Source of the DNA: Mustelus asterias
Taxonomy: Eukaryota
Direction: 5' to 3'
DNA: 64,000 nucleotides
Assembly (NCBI RefSeq): GCF_964213995.1
Contig: NW_027590123.1
Coordinates: 682,001 to 746,000, forward strand
Below are positions 34,893 to 48,650 of the stretch, one piece after another (position 1 is the first letter of the stretch; each line of letters opens with the position of its first letter). Below the pieces are notes generated by a model. It ran no database searches, was not told where the DNA came from, and saw nothing but the letters and a program-made list of their open reading frames with translations. The position numbers and the translations under genes are program-made.

Positions 34893-36931
34893 TACCCGCT
34901 CTCAGTAAGCACCGAACTGAACCCAGTCTACATTCATATAAGTACACGTGCTGTATCAATAATTGGTGCACTCGACTCTGTCTCTGTATTACTGCACAAA
35001 ACCCGTCCTTCGTTCATCATACAGCAGATCGTATTAGATGGATTGGCTGTGCAAAATTGCCTGTTATTGTCCATAGGGTATGTGGATTCGCCATGGTAAA
35101 TGTGTGGGGCTAACGGGGATAGGGCAGAGGGGAGGGCCTGGGTGGGATGCAAACTCGGTGAGCCAGATGGTCTTTTTCTGAACTCTAGGGATTCTATGGT
35201 TCTATGTCTAAGAATTATCATATCATACCTTGCTTAGACATTTGAGTGCTTATTTCTTTTAAATATTCTTTTTTCCAATTACCCCCTTTGGAGAAATGAT
35301 TTCTTTTAGCAATTTCCCTTCAGTTTTCCAAGTGATAACCTTCAGTCCATCTCTGCCTTCCATGAGTGTATGAAAACACCAGACAGTTCATGTATTTCAA
35401 CTGAAGAACATTTAATATGTAACTATTTATTGACAACCATTCTGCTGTGTGCTCTTGCACACAAAACGATTTCAATCTGATTATTTTGCTCCCAGCGTTA
35501 ACTTATCTGTCTTTAAAAATCTGTTGGAAAATGGATAAATCACATCTCGATGACGAGGAGATTACTGGAAATTGATCTTCTTCGTGTCTCACTAAAGTTC
35601 CTGATTTTCGACTCAATTATGTGCTGATTTGTGAAAATGATGGCGGAAGTGACCGTGGATATATAGCCGACAGGAGATAATTACACCTGTAATTCTCAGA
35701 CTTCTTATTCCTATTAATGCAAAGGATTGAAACATCTGCTGTTCTCCAGAGATGGAGCAATATTTCTGTTTAACCGTTACATTCGCCAATTCCATGGTAA
35801 CCATCCTAAATATTTTCTACTGTGTATAGGTTGTACAATCTCGGTAACATGACGAATCAGGATCAGGTATATTATGAGGGTGGTCAGACCTTGTGTGAAA
35901 CAAACAGTAATATTGCCTGGTGAACATGGACAGTAGCTGTTCAAGATGGTAGCTCATCATCACTTTGTCAGGGCAATTAGAGAAGGGCAACAGATGCCAG
36001 TGATGCCCACATCCCATAAATGATTAAAAATTATGCAGTAACAACAGAGACAGAATCTAATCTAATATAGACAGATGTGCTGGCGCAATGATAACATAAA
36101 CTGGCCGGGAGAGTCATGTAAGCTAATGCATTAGATATATAGAATAAGAGAGACAGAACATGATATAACATTTAAATAAACATTTTGTTCCGTGTGATCA
36201 TTCTAGAAAAAAGTAAATTGTCCAATAATAACTGGCAGGCGTCACACGTAGCAAAACCAGATATAGGTTCCAATTCACAACTGATTGGGTAACGGTTTCC
36301 AAAAATAATCATAGAGAATTAGAATATTATAATTTGAATGGCCGGCCCCGGTGTTTCACTAACAGAGACAGCTAGGCCCGGAGTCAGACTGGGACCTGAT
36401 ATAAGGAAGCATATCTTTTCGAGGGGCTTGCGCAGGTTTCCATGTCATGACGAGTGATGCAGGGATTTGTGTGGCCAACACGGATTGGAAACCGATGACA
36501 GCCGCAAGAATGACTGACTCCACCTGACAAAGAGCTGTTATTCCCATGGGGGGGGGGGGGGGGGGGGGGGGGATCAATCATGGTGGACTCCAAAAAATTC
36601 TGTTATCTGAGGTAACAATGGTGAATCTGTTAGAGGAACAGAAAATAACATGCTCCTTCTCATTCTTACAAACAGTTCCACATTTCCAGTCAGAATTGGG
36701 ACATGTGAAGACTGAAAAGACGAAGTATGAAAATATCATCGGAGGCAAAACGAATAGTGCAATAACTGTTAAGGATTATTGCACTTTTCCGAAACAAGTT
36801 CGATCCAATGCTAATTTGTTCAAAGTGATGGCTTGTAAATAGAATTGAATAATTGAATTTCGGCATCGTTCCTCGCAAATGTCCACCACCAACCCTCCCA
36901 TCCCCCCTCCCCCACCGCGCACACACACGCA

Positions 36932-36962
<31 letters not shown>

Positions 36963-38919
36963 GTGTTGCCAAAAGATAAGATTAGCACAAGACGACAGCT
37001 GTATAAATATTGCATCTTATTCAGTCTCAATGAAGGACAGGGGGAGACTCAAAAACGATGCTAGGACAATGATGCATAAGAACCATTAAAATGGACCTGT
37101 TCTCGAAAATCCTTCACATTTTACTCCATGAAGGATATATCTCATTTATTTTCAAAGTTACTGTGAAATCTGATTCGATCACCCTCTGAAGCTGTTCATT
37201 CCAGTCCACAACAACTCTTGTGTAAAAGTAAACAATCACATTTCTGTCTCTCTGCTCAATAAAATAAATCTGTGCCCACTGGTTGCTGACCGTCCTCCCA
37301 GTTGAAATATCCTCTCTTTAATTACCCCACTCAAAACGTCATGATTTTGAACACGAATAAAAGTGTTCAAAACACTGGCAAGGAGATAGAGAGAGAGAGA
37401 CACCGGGAGAGTTAGGAGAAAGAAAAACGGGGTGCTGACAGATAAAAGCTGAAGAACAAAAAATAAATAGCAGATGGAGAGAAAATGATCGAACAATGCA
37501 AGATAACAGCTATCATTTCCTTTCTTCACGAAACCTGGGAGAGCTCAGTGACTGATCCACTGACCATCCAGTTATGTCCTGGAATGGAAACTCTGAACAG
37601 ATCACAACAGACTCATTTGTAAATGTCACCACAATGTGATCTTTATAACTCTGCCCTGGCTCTGTGGACAGATATAGGCCGCACTGACAGATGTTCTCGT
37701 CAGATTGTGGCCCCTGGATTTATTTTCTGCTCAGAAGTGAGATGTGTGGTTTGGAACTGGCAACAAGAATCAGGAAGTTATATTACCTGAGAATGAAAGA
37801 AACGGGGCCAGTTTAATGTTATCACCGTGAACAGTCTTCCTGCCTGCGAGGGTGAACTCATTCTGAAAGCTTCAAGAACAGTCACAGAATTGCTGCCGGT
37901 CGCAGCATTACATTCACTTCGATTGCCATGTTAATGAATCAAGAAAATGATCATATTTGGGGTTTAGGTAGGTTAATTGAAAGGAAGATGGATTGAAAAT
38001 TATCGCTGAGAGAAAAGATGGAAAATTAAAGCAACATTTTTCCCCGCACAGGTGTTCTAAAATAGAAAGTTTAAGTGTGTTAGGTGTTGTGTGAGTGAAA
38101 TCGAGGAGAGCGTATAAAAGAGTGAACTGGTCTGTTTCCGGCACTGAATTTTCCTCTGTTGAGATTGTTGTGTTTCATCTTTTCAGTCACAAGTTGCCTT
38201 AAGCATGAAAGTTAAACATTTGTGAACGAGTAGCCAGATCCGGCTCATGGGTACCTGTGTAAGTGAGCTAAATGAGATTGAGAGAGAGAAGCGAGGTTTT
38301 CCGATTTAGGTCTTGTCTGAGACAGAGAAAGAGAGGAGAGAAGTTCAGTGAGTCATTTGAAAGATGCAATGCCTTGGCAGTGGAATGGCCAGCTGTATAT
38401 CACATTCAAGAGCGTCCAGAGCAGTTCATTAACTTTAGACATTGACTGAGGCAAAGAATGTGCAAGTAAATACTGAACAAATTACCATAAAATGCTTAAA
38501 ACTAATTGCAATTATTTACATAGGAGTTATGACTGGTATCTCACATTGTTATGGGCATACGGTCCACTTCGGCCTTGTGTAACTGTCTGTCTGGTTTTTG
38601 CAAATTGTTTGCGTGGGTTTCCGCCAAGTTTACCGCTTTCCTCCTGCAGTCCAAAGATGTGCAGGTTAGGAGGAGTGGTCATGCTGAATTGTCCCTGAGT
38701 ATCCATTTGCAGTCCAACGTGGCATACGTTTATCGTATTCCTCAATTTCTTTTGAACAAGAGGATGTTACAAGATTCATCCCAAGCTTTCAACAAATTAT
38801 TGCACACAATACGAGAGCAACTAGATATGATGCGCAACACTTAATATTTATTAACAAGATGAAATGCATACTTCCAACCCCTTTCATCCACACGAATACG
38901 TTTCATTTCTTAAGTTAGT

Positions 38920-39215
38920 ATCTATTTATTCAAAGTTAATTGATTAGTCACATGTCGGCTTGCATTAGCACTGCAATGAAGCGGCTATGAGAATCCCCCA
39001 GTCGCCACACTCTGGCAGCTGTTCGGATACACTGAGGGAGAATTTGACATTACCAATGCACCTAACTAGCACATCTTTGGAATGTGGAAGGAAATCGACA
39101 CAGACACAGGGAGAACGTACAAACTCCACACATATAGTGACCAAGCCAGGAATCGAACTCGAGTCCCCAGCACTGTGAGGTAGCAGTGCTAACCACTGCT
39201 AACCACTGCGCCATC
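38920..39215 (-). mobile_element. V-SINE (second tail type)
   Basis: Reverse complement of the 4553-4868 type. Further copies at about 45385-45663(-), 46390-46710(+) and 51570-51855(-). Confidence 0.75.
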
Positions 39216-39391
39216 CAGCTAGCTTGGTCTTCCTCTTTTTTCATCCATCAGACGCATTTTATAGAAAATTAGTAACTGAGGCAGTGCCTGCTTTTTTATT
39301 CGGACCCAATGTAATGCAACGTGAGGTACGGGTGTACTCAGTAGTGCATGACATACAACCTACCAAAAATAATATCTGAGATGGAACCTAA

Positions 39392-41835
39392 TTTAACTTT
39401 CCAAATATTGATTGGAACCTTTGTAGGTCAAATAGTTTGGATGGGACACTTTTTGTGCAGTGTGTGCAGGAGGGTTTCCTGACACAATATGTGGATAGGC
39501 CGACAAGGGGTGAGGCCACATTGGATTTGGTACTGGGAAATGAACCGGGCCAAGTGTTAGATTTGGTTGTGGGAGAGAACTTTGGAGACAGTGACCACAA
39601 TTCGGTGTCTTTTGTTATTGCAATGGAGAGGGATAGGGCCGGACGGCAGGGCAAGGCTTACAATTGGGGGAGAGGTAATTATGATGCGATTAGGCAAGAA
39701 TTAGGGGGCATAAGATGGGAACAGAAACTGTCAGGGAAAGGCACTGATGAAAAGTGGAACTTTTTCAAGGAACAAATACTGGGTGTCCTTGATAGGTATG
39801 TCCCTGTCAGGCAGGGAGGAAATGGCCGAGTGAGGGAACCGTGGTTCACAAAAGAGGTGGAATGTCTTGTGAAAAGGAAGAGGGAAGCTTATGTAGGGAT
39901 GAGGAAACAAGGTTCAGATGGCTCGACTGAGGGTTACAAGTTAGCAAGGAACGAGCTGAAAAAGGGGCTGAGGAGAGCTAGGAGGGGACATGAGAAGTCC
40001 TTGGCGGGTCGGATCAAGGAAAACCCCAAGGCTTTTTACTCTTATGTGAGGAATAAAAGAATGACCAGGGTGAGGTTAGGGCCGGTCAAGGACAGTGGTG
40101 GGAACTTGTGTATGGAATCAGTAGAGATAGGCGAGGTGATGAATGAATACTTTTCTTCAGTGTTCACCAAGGAGAGGGGCCATGTTTTTGAGGAAGAGAA
40201 GGTGTTACAGGCTAATAGGCTGGAGGAAATAGATGTTCGGAGGGAGGATGTATTGGCAGTTTTGAATAAACTGAAGGTCGATAAGTCCCCTGGGCCTGAT
40301 GAAATGTATCCTAGGATTCTTTGGGAGGCGAGGGATGAGATTGCAGAGCCTTTGGCTTTGATCTTTGGGTCCTCGCTGTCCACGGGGATGGTGCCAGAGG
40401 ACTGGAGAGTGGCAAATGTTGTTCCTCTGTTTAAAAAAGGGAATAGAAATGACCCTGGTAATTATAGACCGGTTAGTCTGACTTCGGTGGTTGGTAAATT
40501 GATGGAAAAGGTCCTTAGGGATGGGATTTACGACCATTTAGAAAGATGCGGATTAATCCGGGATAGTCAGCACGGATTTGTGAAGGGCAAATCGTGCCTC
40601 ACAAATTTGATAGAATTTTTTGAGGAGGTAACTAGGTGTGTTGATGAAGGTAGGGCGGTTGATGTCATATACATGGATTTTAGTAAGGCGTTTGATAAGG
40701 TCCCCCATGGTCGGCTTATGATGAAAGTAAGGAGGTGTGGGATAGAGGGAAAGTTGGCCGATTGGATAGGTAACTGGCTGTCTGATCGAAGACAGAGGGT
40801 GGTGGTGGATGGAAAATTTTCGGACTGGAGGCAGGTTGCTAGCGGAGTGCCGCAGGGATCGGTGCTTGGTCCTCTGCTCTTTGTGATTTTTATTAATGAC
40901 TTAGAGGAGGGGGCTGAAGGGTGGATCAGTAAATTTGCTGATGACACCAAGATTGGTGGAGTAGTGGATGAGGTGGAGGGGTGTTGTAGGCTGCAAAGAG
41001 ACATAGATAGGATGCAAAGCTGGGCTGAAAAATGGCAAATGGAGTTTAACCCTGATAAATGTGAGGTGATTCATTTTGGTAGGACTAATTTAAATGTGGA
41101 TTACAGGGTCAAAGGTAGGGTTCTGAAGACTGTGGAGGAACAGAGAGATCTTGGGGTCCATATCCACAGATCTCTAAAGGTTGCCACTCAAGTGGATAGA
41201 GCTGTGAAGAAGGCATATAGTGTGTTAGCTTTTATTAACAGGGGGTTGGAGTTTAAGAGCCGTGGGGTTATGCTGCAACTATGCAGGATCTTGGTGAGAC
41301 CGCATTTGGAATATTGCGTGCAGTTCTGGTCACCTCACTATAAGAAGGATGTGGAAGCGCTGGAAAGAGTGCAGAGGAGATTTACCAGGATGCTGCCTGG
41401 TTTGGAGTGTCGGTCTTATGAGGAAAGGTTGAGGGAGCTGGGGCTGTTCTCTCTGGAGCGGAGGAGATTGAGGGGAGACTTAATAGAGGTTTATAAAATG
41501 ATGAAGGGGATAGATCGAGTGAACGTTCAAAGACTATTTCCTCGGGTGGATGGAGCTATTACGAGGGGGCATAACTATAGGGTTCATGGTGGGAGATATA
41601 GGAAGGATATCAGAGGTAGGTTCTTCACGCAGAGAGTGGTTGGGGTGTGGAATGGACTGCCTGCAGTGATAGTGGAGTCAGACACTTTAGGAACATTTAA
41701 GCGGTTATTGGATAGGCACATGGAGCACACCAGGATGGTAGGGAGTGGGATAGCTTGATCTTGGTTTCAGATGAAGGTCGGCACAACATCGTGGGCCGAA
41801 GGGCCTGTTCTGTGCTGTACTGTTCTATGTTCTAT
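39392..41835 (+). mobile_element. Young 5'-truncated CR1 LINE with uninterrupted ORF2 (C-terminal APE half + RT)
   Basis: The frame is open from FNFPNIDW (about 39392) through ORF 39437..41758, with [45 protein letters not shown] and FADD. It ends in a 3' UTR with a TGTTCTA tandem tail. Confidence 0.97.
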
Positions 41836-42823
41836 ATGTGGACTATTGACTGAGCAACAACAGCTCAGAAATGATTAATTATAGCATATATCACGGCATG
41901 TCTTCATGTAATATAAAGGGAGCGGCACGTAATGTAATGTAAACAGATACACGGTATATTGCAATAATGATTCAAATGAATCAAATGCAGTATATAAAGA
42001 GGCATGGCCTAGTGCATTCCTGTATAAGACTGCACCAAATGGGTTATTGCAGCGAACATCGTCAAGTACAGTACTAACTGAGACAGGGTTAATTATAGCC
42101 CTCATAGATCAAGGCCCAGTCCGTTAATAAATTAAACTTCAGGTTGCGTTATATAGTGCAGAAAGAAAGATAAAACGAGATATGGTGTCATACAGACATG
42201 ACTGAGACAACTCCTGTGCAATTAAAAAAATTACATGGTTAAATGCAGTAATAACAGAAGGAGGGGCAGTGTAATAAAACTAAACTCAATATATAGTGAA
42301 ATATAAGCATATACATCGTCGTACCATAGTAAGCAATAGAACAAAAATGGCCATTCATAGCCTAATTCAGTAATAACGATATGTGATCTAATGCTATGAA
42401 TCCGAGAGGGTGAACTGCAGTGTTGACTGAGGGAGGAGAGAGAGAGAGAGAGAGAGACAGATGAACAAGTTCACTAATATCACTCCATTTATGATAAATG
42501 ATCTGCTGAGTGTTTCTGGCAGTTCATTTTTCAGATCCCATGCATCCACGGTATCTTGTTTTTGAGCAAGGAGATATTTGAACAGATTACTAAAAGGACG
42601 ATCAATACAGGGACAGTTTTATGCATTGATTTAGACGAGGAAAGTGAGATAAGGAGATTTAGGGAGGGAATAACAGAGCTTAGGGCCTGGGCAGATTAAC
42701 ACATCCCAAACTGAAAAATAATTTTGAAGATAAGAATGGAAATTGCAGAAAATATATATATTTAAATTGTATTCAAACATAACATGTTCTGTGGCCATTT
42801 CGTTTTATTTCTCTATGAAACAG

Positions 42824-43153
42824 ATGACCAATTAACCATTGGTTCGAAAATTAGCCTGTGGGAGCCCATCTGGCGATATTGCGAGTACAAAATTCTGTCT
42901 CATACCGCCAGTGTATCAGTTGAATGCTATTAATAAAATAAGGCAGGCGAAACAATCTTTATCGCTAAAATCTGCAGCAAATTGACATAGTGCAACACAA
43001 TCTACAACGAATAAAATGCATCATAACAGAGATTCCTAAAGATATTGCAAAGAGCACTGCACTATTGTTCATATTGACCTGTCCCTCAGTGCCAGTTTAT
43101 CACTGAGAAATTGTTATAACGTTCACGCTAAATATTACCCACACAATAGCAGA
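42824..43153 (+). pseudogene. Putative decayed V-set Ig domain exon, no RSS seen
   Basis: T-rich acceptor ...GAAACAG| phase 1. Reads YCEYKILSHTASVSVE(TGC, W?)Y ... KDIAKSTALLFI..VYH(TGA, C?)EIVI. 330 nt long, ending at GTGATT. Contains several stops and a frameshift. Confidence 0.4.
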
Positions 43154-43734
43154 GTGATTAGACGTTTCTCACAGCTACTTATAGATATTAGCAAAAAATA
43201 AACCTACTGTTTCAAACAAGAATGATTGGTATCGGACAGGCACACCCACATATATCGTGATTGATAATATCTCGACAGGCAACATATTCATGGTTGCATG
43301 TTGGATTAACAGAGACAGGCTCTGATGTAATGTAAAGAGACAAATCCTGTGTAATATAAAAAGAGATGGGATCCGACGTAATATAATCAGATCTGTGGTC
43401 CACTGTAGGACTAATTGAGATGACCTGATGTAGCATAAATAGAGAAATGGCTGAGTGTAGCATAACGAGAAAAACGACCGAATGTAGTATAAAGAGAGAC
43501 AGGGTCCGCTGCCATATCATTAAAGACTGGGTCTGGTACAACATAAATAGAAGTATGGACCAGTGTAATGTAATCAGAGGATTGATTCAGTTAATTAATA
43601 ACTAATAAAGCAGGGTCTTCTATATACTGGCCCTATTGCCAATGGATAGCGTTTTCTTCCTAATGAGCAAAACATTCTCATTCATAACTTTGAACTTCTG
43701 TACTAAATCTCCCATAAACTGCTCAGTTCTAAAG

Positions 43735-44137
43735 GAAAGAAACGCAGCGTTCAGCTGTTCTGATAGTGCAGCTCATGCATGATGAACGTCGAGCTCCATA
43801 CCACCTTCTGCCTCGCATGTTTCCCGATGTCATTTTAGGAATTGATGGAACTTTCACATGGATTCTCATTAACCAATGGCATCGTGTCAGAATAAGATTC
43901 AAGGCTAAGAAAAGACTTGCTTCTGACAATTAAATGCATCAGTGAAATATTGGACACAGATCTCAGAGTTTAAACACACTGAACTCAATGTCATGTCAAA
44001 ACACAAACTGTGATCGGTTAACAGTCTTATCCCAGTGGAATCAACGTCATTTTTGAGTCAAATAGTAACGTGCTCAATTCCCACAACAGATACCTCAGCT
44101 CATGATGCAACCTGTGACCAAGTGCTGAATGTTCAGT
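43735..44137 (+). pseudogene. Putative decayed C2-type Ig exon
   Basis: Fragments TFCLA, GTFTW and SLIPVESTSFLSQIVTCSI...VLNVQ appear in shifting frames. Confidence 0.25.
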
Positions 44138-44399
44138 TGTTCCATTATTGGATGTGATGATATTTCAGTCCAAGGTGTAGCATAGCAATATTATTATTAA
44201 GAATGTATTCCAGAAGCTTGAAGCAATGCTCTGCGGGCAAGAGTTCAAATTCTACCCCAGCAGCTGGGGAATTTCATTTCAATTAATTGATTAAGCTGAA
44301 TCAAACATCGTTGTCTAATTAGTAACAATCATATTTCGGCAAAGCTCATTGTCTTCTCTGATGTATTTTAGGAGAGGAAATTTTACTTTTTATTTCTAA

Positions 44400-47080
44400 G
44401 GCATATAAAATTGCCAGAAGAAGCAACAAGCCTGAGGGTTTGGAACGTTTTATAATTCAACAAAAGAAGACACAATGTGCGAGGGGGGAAAGAGAGAATG
44501 AAAGTAAAATGGCAGGGAGCATAGAAACTAATTGTACAAGCTTCTCTGAATATCTGAAGAGACAAAGATTAGTTAAGACAAATTAGGTAGCTTCCAGTCA
44601 GAATCCAGGGAAATTATAATGGGGAACAAAGAAATGTTGGATGAATAGAACACAAAGTTTGACTCCATCTTCACAAAAGGGGACACAAATATCCTCCCAG
44701 AAATGTTAGGGAACCAAGAGCTGGTTGGCATTGAAGAACACCAGTGTTAGTAGCAAAATCATGCTGGGGAAATTAATGGGGTGAAATGCTGATAAATCAC
44801 TAAGGCCTGAGAATCTACATCCCAGAATATGAATGGAAATGGCCCTGAAAATATTGGGTGCATTGGTGTCATCCTCTAAAATCCTATACACTCTGGATCA
44901 GTTCCTATAGATTGGAGGGTGACAAATGAAATCCCAACATGTACAAAGGAAGGGAGAGTAAAAATGTTGAATTACAGCCTGACTTTAGCATCAGTGAAGA
45001 TGTTGGAGGCTGTTATCAAAGACATGATAGCAAAATATTTGGAAAGCATTAACGGAATTTGATGAAGCCAAAATGGGCTTAAGGAAGATATGTAATTCGT
45101 AACAAACATACTTGCGTTTTCTGAGGCTGTAAATAATAGAATAGGGAGAGGGGGGTGGAGGGAGGGGGGAGGGAACCAGGCTATGTGGTGCATTTGTACT
45201 TTCAGAAGACGTTTGAGACGGTTCCTCGTACAATATTAGTAGGTCAAATTAAAGCACGTGGGATCGGGAGTAATGTATTGACATTGGTGTAGAATTCGGT
45301 GACAGATAAGAAACAGAGAATGGAAATACATGGGTTTTTTACCGAGTGGTAGTCAGCGAGTGATGGGGTACTTCAGGATCCCGACTTATTTTATTTATTT
45401 ATTAGTCACATGTCGGCTTACGTTAACACTGCAATGAAGTTACTGTGAAAAACCCCGAGTCACCACACTCCAGCGCCTGTTCGGGTGCACTGAGGGAGAG
45501 TTTAGCATGGCCAATGTCCCGAAGCTGCACGTCCTTCGGATTTGTTGGAGGAAACCGGGTCACCCAGAAGAAATCCACGTTAGCACGGGGAGAATGTGCA
45601 GACTCCGTACAGAAAATGCCCCAAGCCGGGAACCGAACCCGGTCCCCGACGCTGTGCCACCGTGGGATCTGGATAAGGAAATCAAATGTAAAATGTCCTA
45701 AGCGGCTGGCGATATATAACTGTGAGCTATGAGGAGGGTGCAGTGACTTGTGAGCTGTGAGGAGGATGCAGGGGGGCTTCAATGTGATCTGGACAAGTTG
45801 TGTGAATGGGTGAACATGTGGCAGCTGCAGTACAACGTGGTTCAATGTACAGTTATATACGTGTGTAAAGCACAAAACAATATATATTTGGAAGTGTGAT
45901 GTACAACTGGATCTGGGTATCCTTGTACACCAACCAATGAAATCGGAGAGGTATGTGCAGCAAGCAATTAGGAAGGCCTTCGTTGCAAGAAGATTTGAGT
46001 TCGGAATTAGGGAAGTCTTACTGCAGTAATGCTGGGTCTTCATAAGACCACATCTGGTGTAATGCGTGTAGATTTGATCTCCCTCCCTAAGAAAGGGACT
46101 CTGGCGAGTGCAGCTGATACCCGGATTGGTGGGACTGTCCTATAAGGCGAAATTGATTCGACCGGGCCTGTATTCACTTGACTGACCTGATGAAGGAGCA
46201 GCACTCAGAAAGCTCGTGAGTCCAAATAAACATGTTGGACTTTAACCTGGCGTTGCGAGACTTACTGTACCCACCCTAGTGCAACGCTGGCATCTCCACC
46301 TCATGTATTCACTCGAGTTTAGACGGATGAGAAGAGATCTGATTGAAATACATAAAATTGTGATTGAAACATTCAAAACATAACAAATGAGGGCGGTACA
46401 GTGGCACAGTGACTAGCACGGCTGCCTCTCAATGCGTAGCACGGCTGCCTCTCATTGCCAGGGACCTGGGTTCGATTCCCACCTTGGGTCACTGTCTGTG
46501 CAGAGACTGCACATTCTCCCCCTATCTGCGTGGGTTTCCTTCGGGTGCTCCATTTTCCTCCCGCAGTCAGAAAGACGTGCTGATTAGGTGCATTGGCCAT
46601 GCTAAATTTTCCCTCAGCGTACCTGAACAGGCGCTGGAGTGTGGCCATGGGCCCTTTCACAGTAACTTCATTGCAGTATATGTCTATTTGTGCATTAATA
46701 ATAAATGAAGTTATGAATAATTAAACGAATTCTAACAGGGCTGAGCAGGCGAGACGAAGGAAGGACGTTTTCGCTGGTTAGGTAGTCTCAAACCAGGGAT
46801 GCAGTCTCAAGACATAGGGTAGCCAATTTAGGACAGAAATGAGGAAACATTTCTTCACTTCAGAGGCTAGTGAACATACGGAGTGCTCTAGCACTGACGG
46901 CTTTGGATGTCATGCCACTGAATAGATTCAAGAAATAAATCGATCTGTGATTAGATCTTAATGGTATCAGGGGGTGTGGGCAGAATCCAATAATGTGGCC
47001 TTGAGATAGGAAATAACCCATAATCATGAAGACTGGTGGATCAGGCTCGACTGGCCTCCTCCGGCTCCTAATTTCTATGT
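44400..47080 (+). mobile_element. Old CR1 with two nested SINEs
   Basis: Decayed DKS..PE.LHPRI and DWRV motifs plus a 3' UTR. SINEs at about 45385-45663 and 46390-46710. Confidence 0.75.
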
Positions 47081-48650
47081 ACCTAATGTTCAGTCAATGT
47101 TCTGAGGACCTGAGTTCAAATCCCGCCACGGCAGATGGTGGAACTTGAAATCAATAAAAACTATCTGGAATTAAGAATCTATTGATGACTATGAGACCAT
47201 TGTTGATAGTTGTAAAAACCCATCTAGTTTACTCACGTCTCTTTAGGGAATGAAATCTGCCGTTCTTACCTTGTTTGACCTACATGTGACTCCAGAGTCA
47301 CAGCAATGTGGTTGACTCTCAACTGCCCTCCACGGGCAACTAGAGATGGGCAACAAATGCTGGCCAGCCAGTAATGTGCAAGGCCCACGAATCAATAAAA
47401 AAAGCTATGTTTAGCCTGCCTGCCCTACATGTGACTCCAGTTCCACAGTGATGAAGCTGACCCTTACGTGCCTCTGAAATTGACAAAACAGCCATTCAGG
47501 TGTTTCAAAGCTGCTGCAGAAAGTCAAACATAAATAAAACCGACCAGAGGGCAATTATTACAAAAAGGTAGTTCACAACCGCCTTCTCAGTATGGACAAT
47601 TAATGCTGACTTTGTCAGTGATGCCCATATCCAGAGAATGAATAGAACAGTGCAAACTACTGCGAATTCCGGAAATCTAAAAGTAATACAACAAAAAAGG
47701 CAGGTCAGTGGGTATTAGCAGTGGGTGAAACAGATTCTCATTTCAGGCCGATGACAGAATGTAGAATCTCATTGATAAAATTCGATATAACAGGACTGTT
47801 CTGCCCAGTATCCTGGCCACTCATTCTTCAACTAAAATCACAAAATTACTGTTCATTTATCACATCTCGCTTTGTGGGAGCTTCCTGTGCACCAAATCCT
47901 TGTTGTATGTCCAACATTACAGCAGTGAATAACTTCAGCGAAAATATATCAGTGAGTTGTAAATGGTTTGGGACGACCTAACGTCAGGTAAAGCGTTATG
48001 AAAATGCAAGGCCTTTCCAAATGTTAATGTTATAAAATGCAAGAATTGATATGTTAAAAGCTCTGAGATTAATGCGATTATCGTCACTCCTCTGCCTGAT
48101 GTTTTAACGTGTCTAGTTTTAGTAGATTAAATCATCAATCAAATTGACATTCAGTGGAATACCAGTCTTTTCAGACATGTTTTATTTATTCTGACATCAG
48201 AACTTTCAGAACAATTTCTTGATTAGAGGATATTTTTTTATTTGAATTAAATAGCGTCTGGTCTAATGGGTATTCACGAAGTTTCTATTGATTTTGAACC
48301 TGCTGTCAATATACTTAAAAGAAACCGCTATTTTGAATTGAAACTAATGAATAAATGACGGTTTATCTGGTTTTGCTGCCATGAACATCTCATTGTAACC
48401 AGTGAGGTGTTTATGGAAATAAACACAGAAATAGAAATCCCAGATTAGATTTATTGATTGACAAAAACGCAACAAATATTTCCCCATCAACACAGCACAG
48501 AAATAGAGGCAAACATGCAAATCAATCATTGGATTCCAGTTGTGATTGTTTTTTGGGCATATTTTTTCATCAGTTATATGCACAAAACAAGCTATGATTA
48601 TCAATGTTCAAAATTAGGAAAGATTCCCCCTAATCACAAAATATAAGGAC

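Noticed and set aside
35613-35804. TCR-TM-like stretch FALIGIRSLRITGVII
   Set aside because: The acceptor phase does not fit and hydrophobicity is marginal.
36547-36572. Poly-G/C runs (also 25218-25260 and 52905-52921) giving poly-Pro/Gly ORFs
   Set aside because: Homopolymer expansions with unreliable length and no coding evidence.
40042-41004. Antisense ORFs inside the CR1 (also 48836..49504 and 52598..53050)
   Set aside because: Shadow frames of LINE ORF2.
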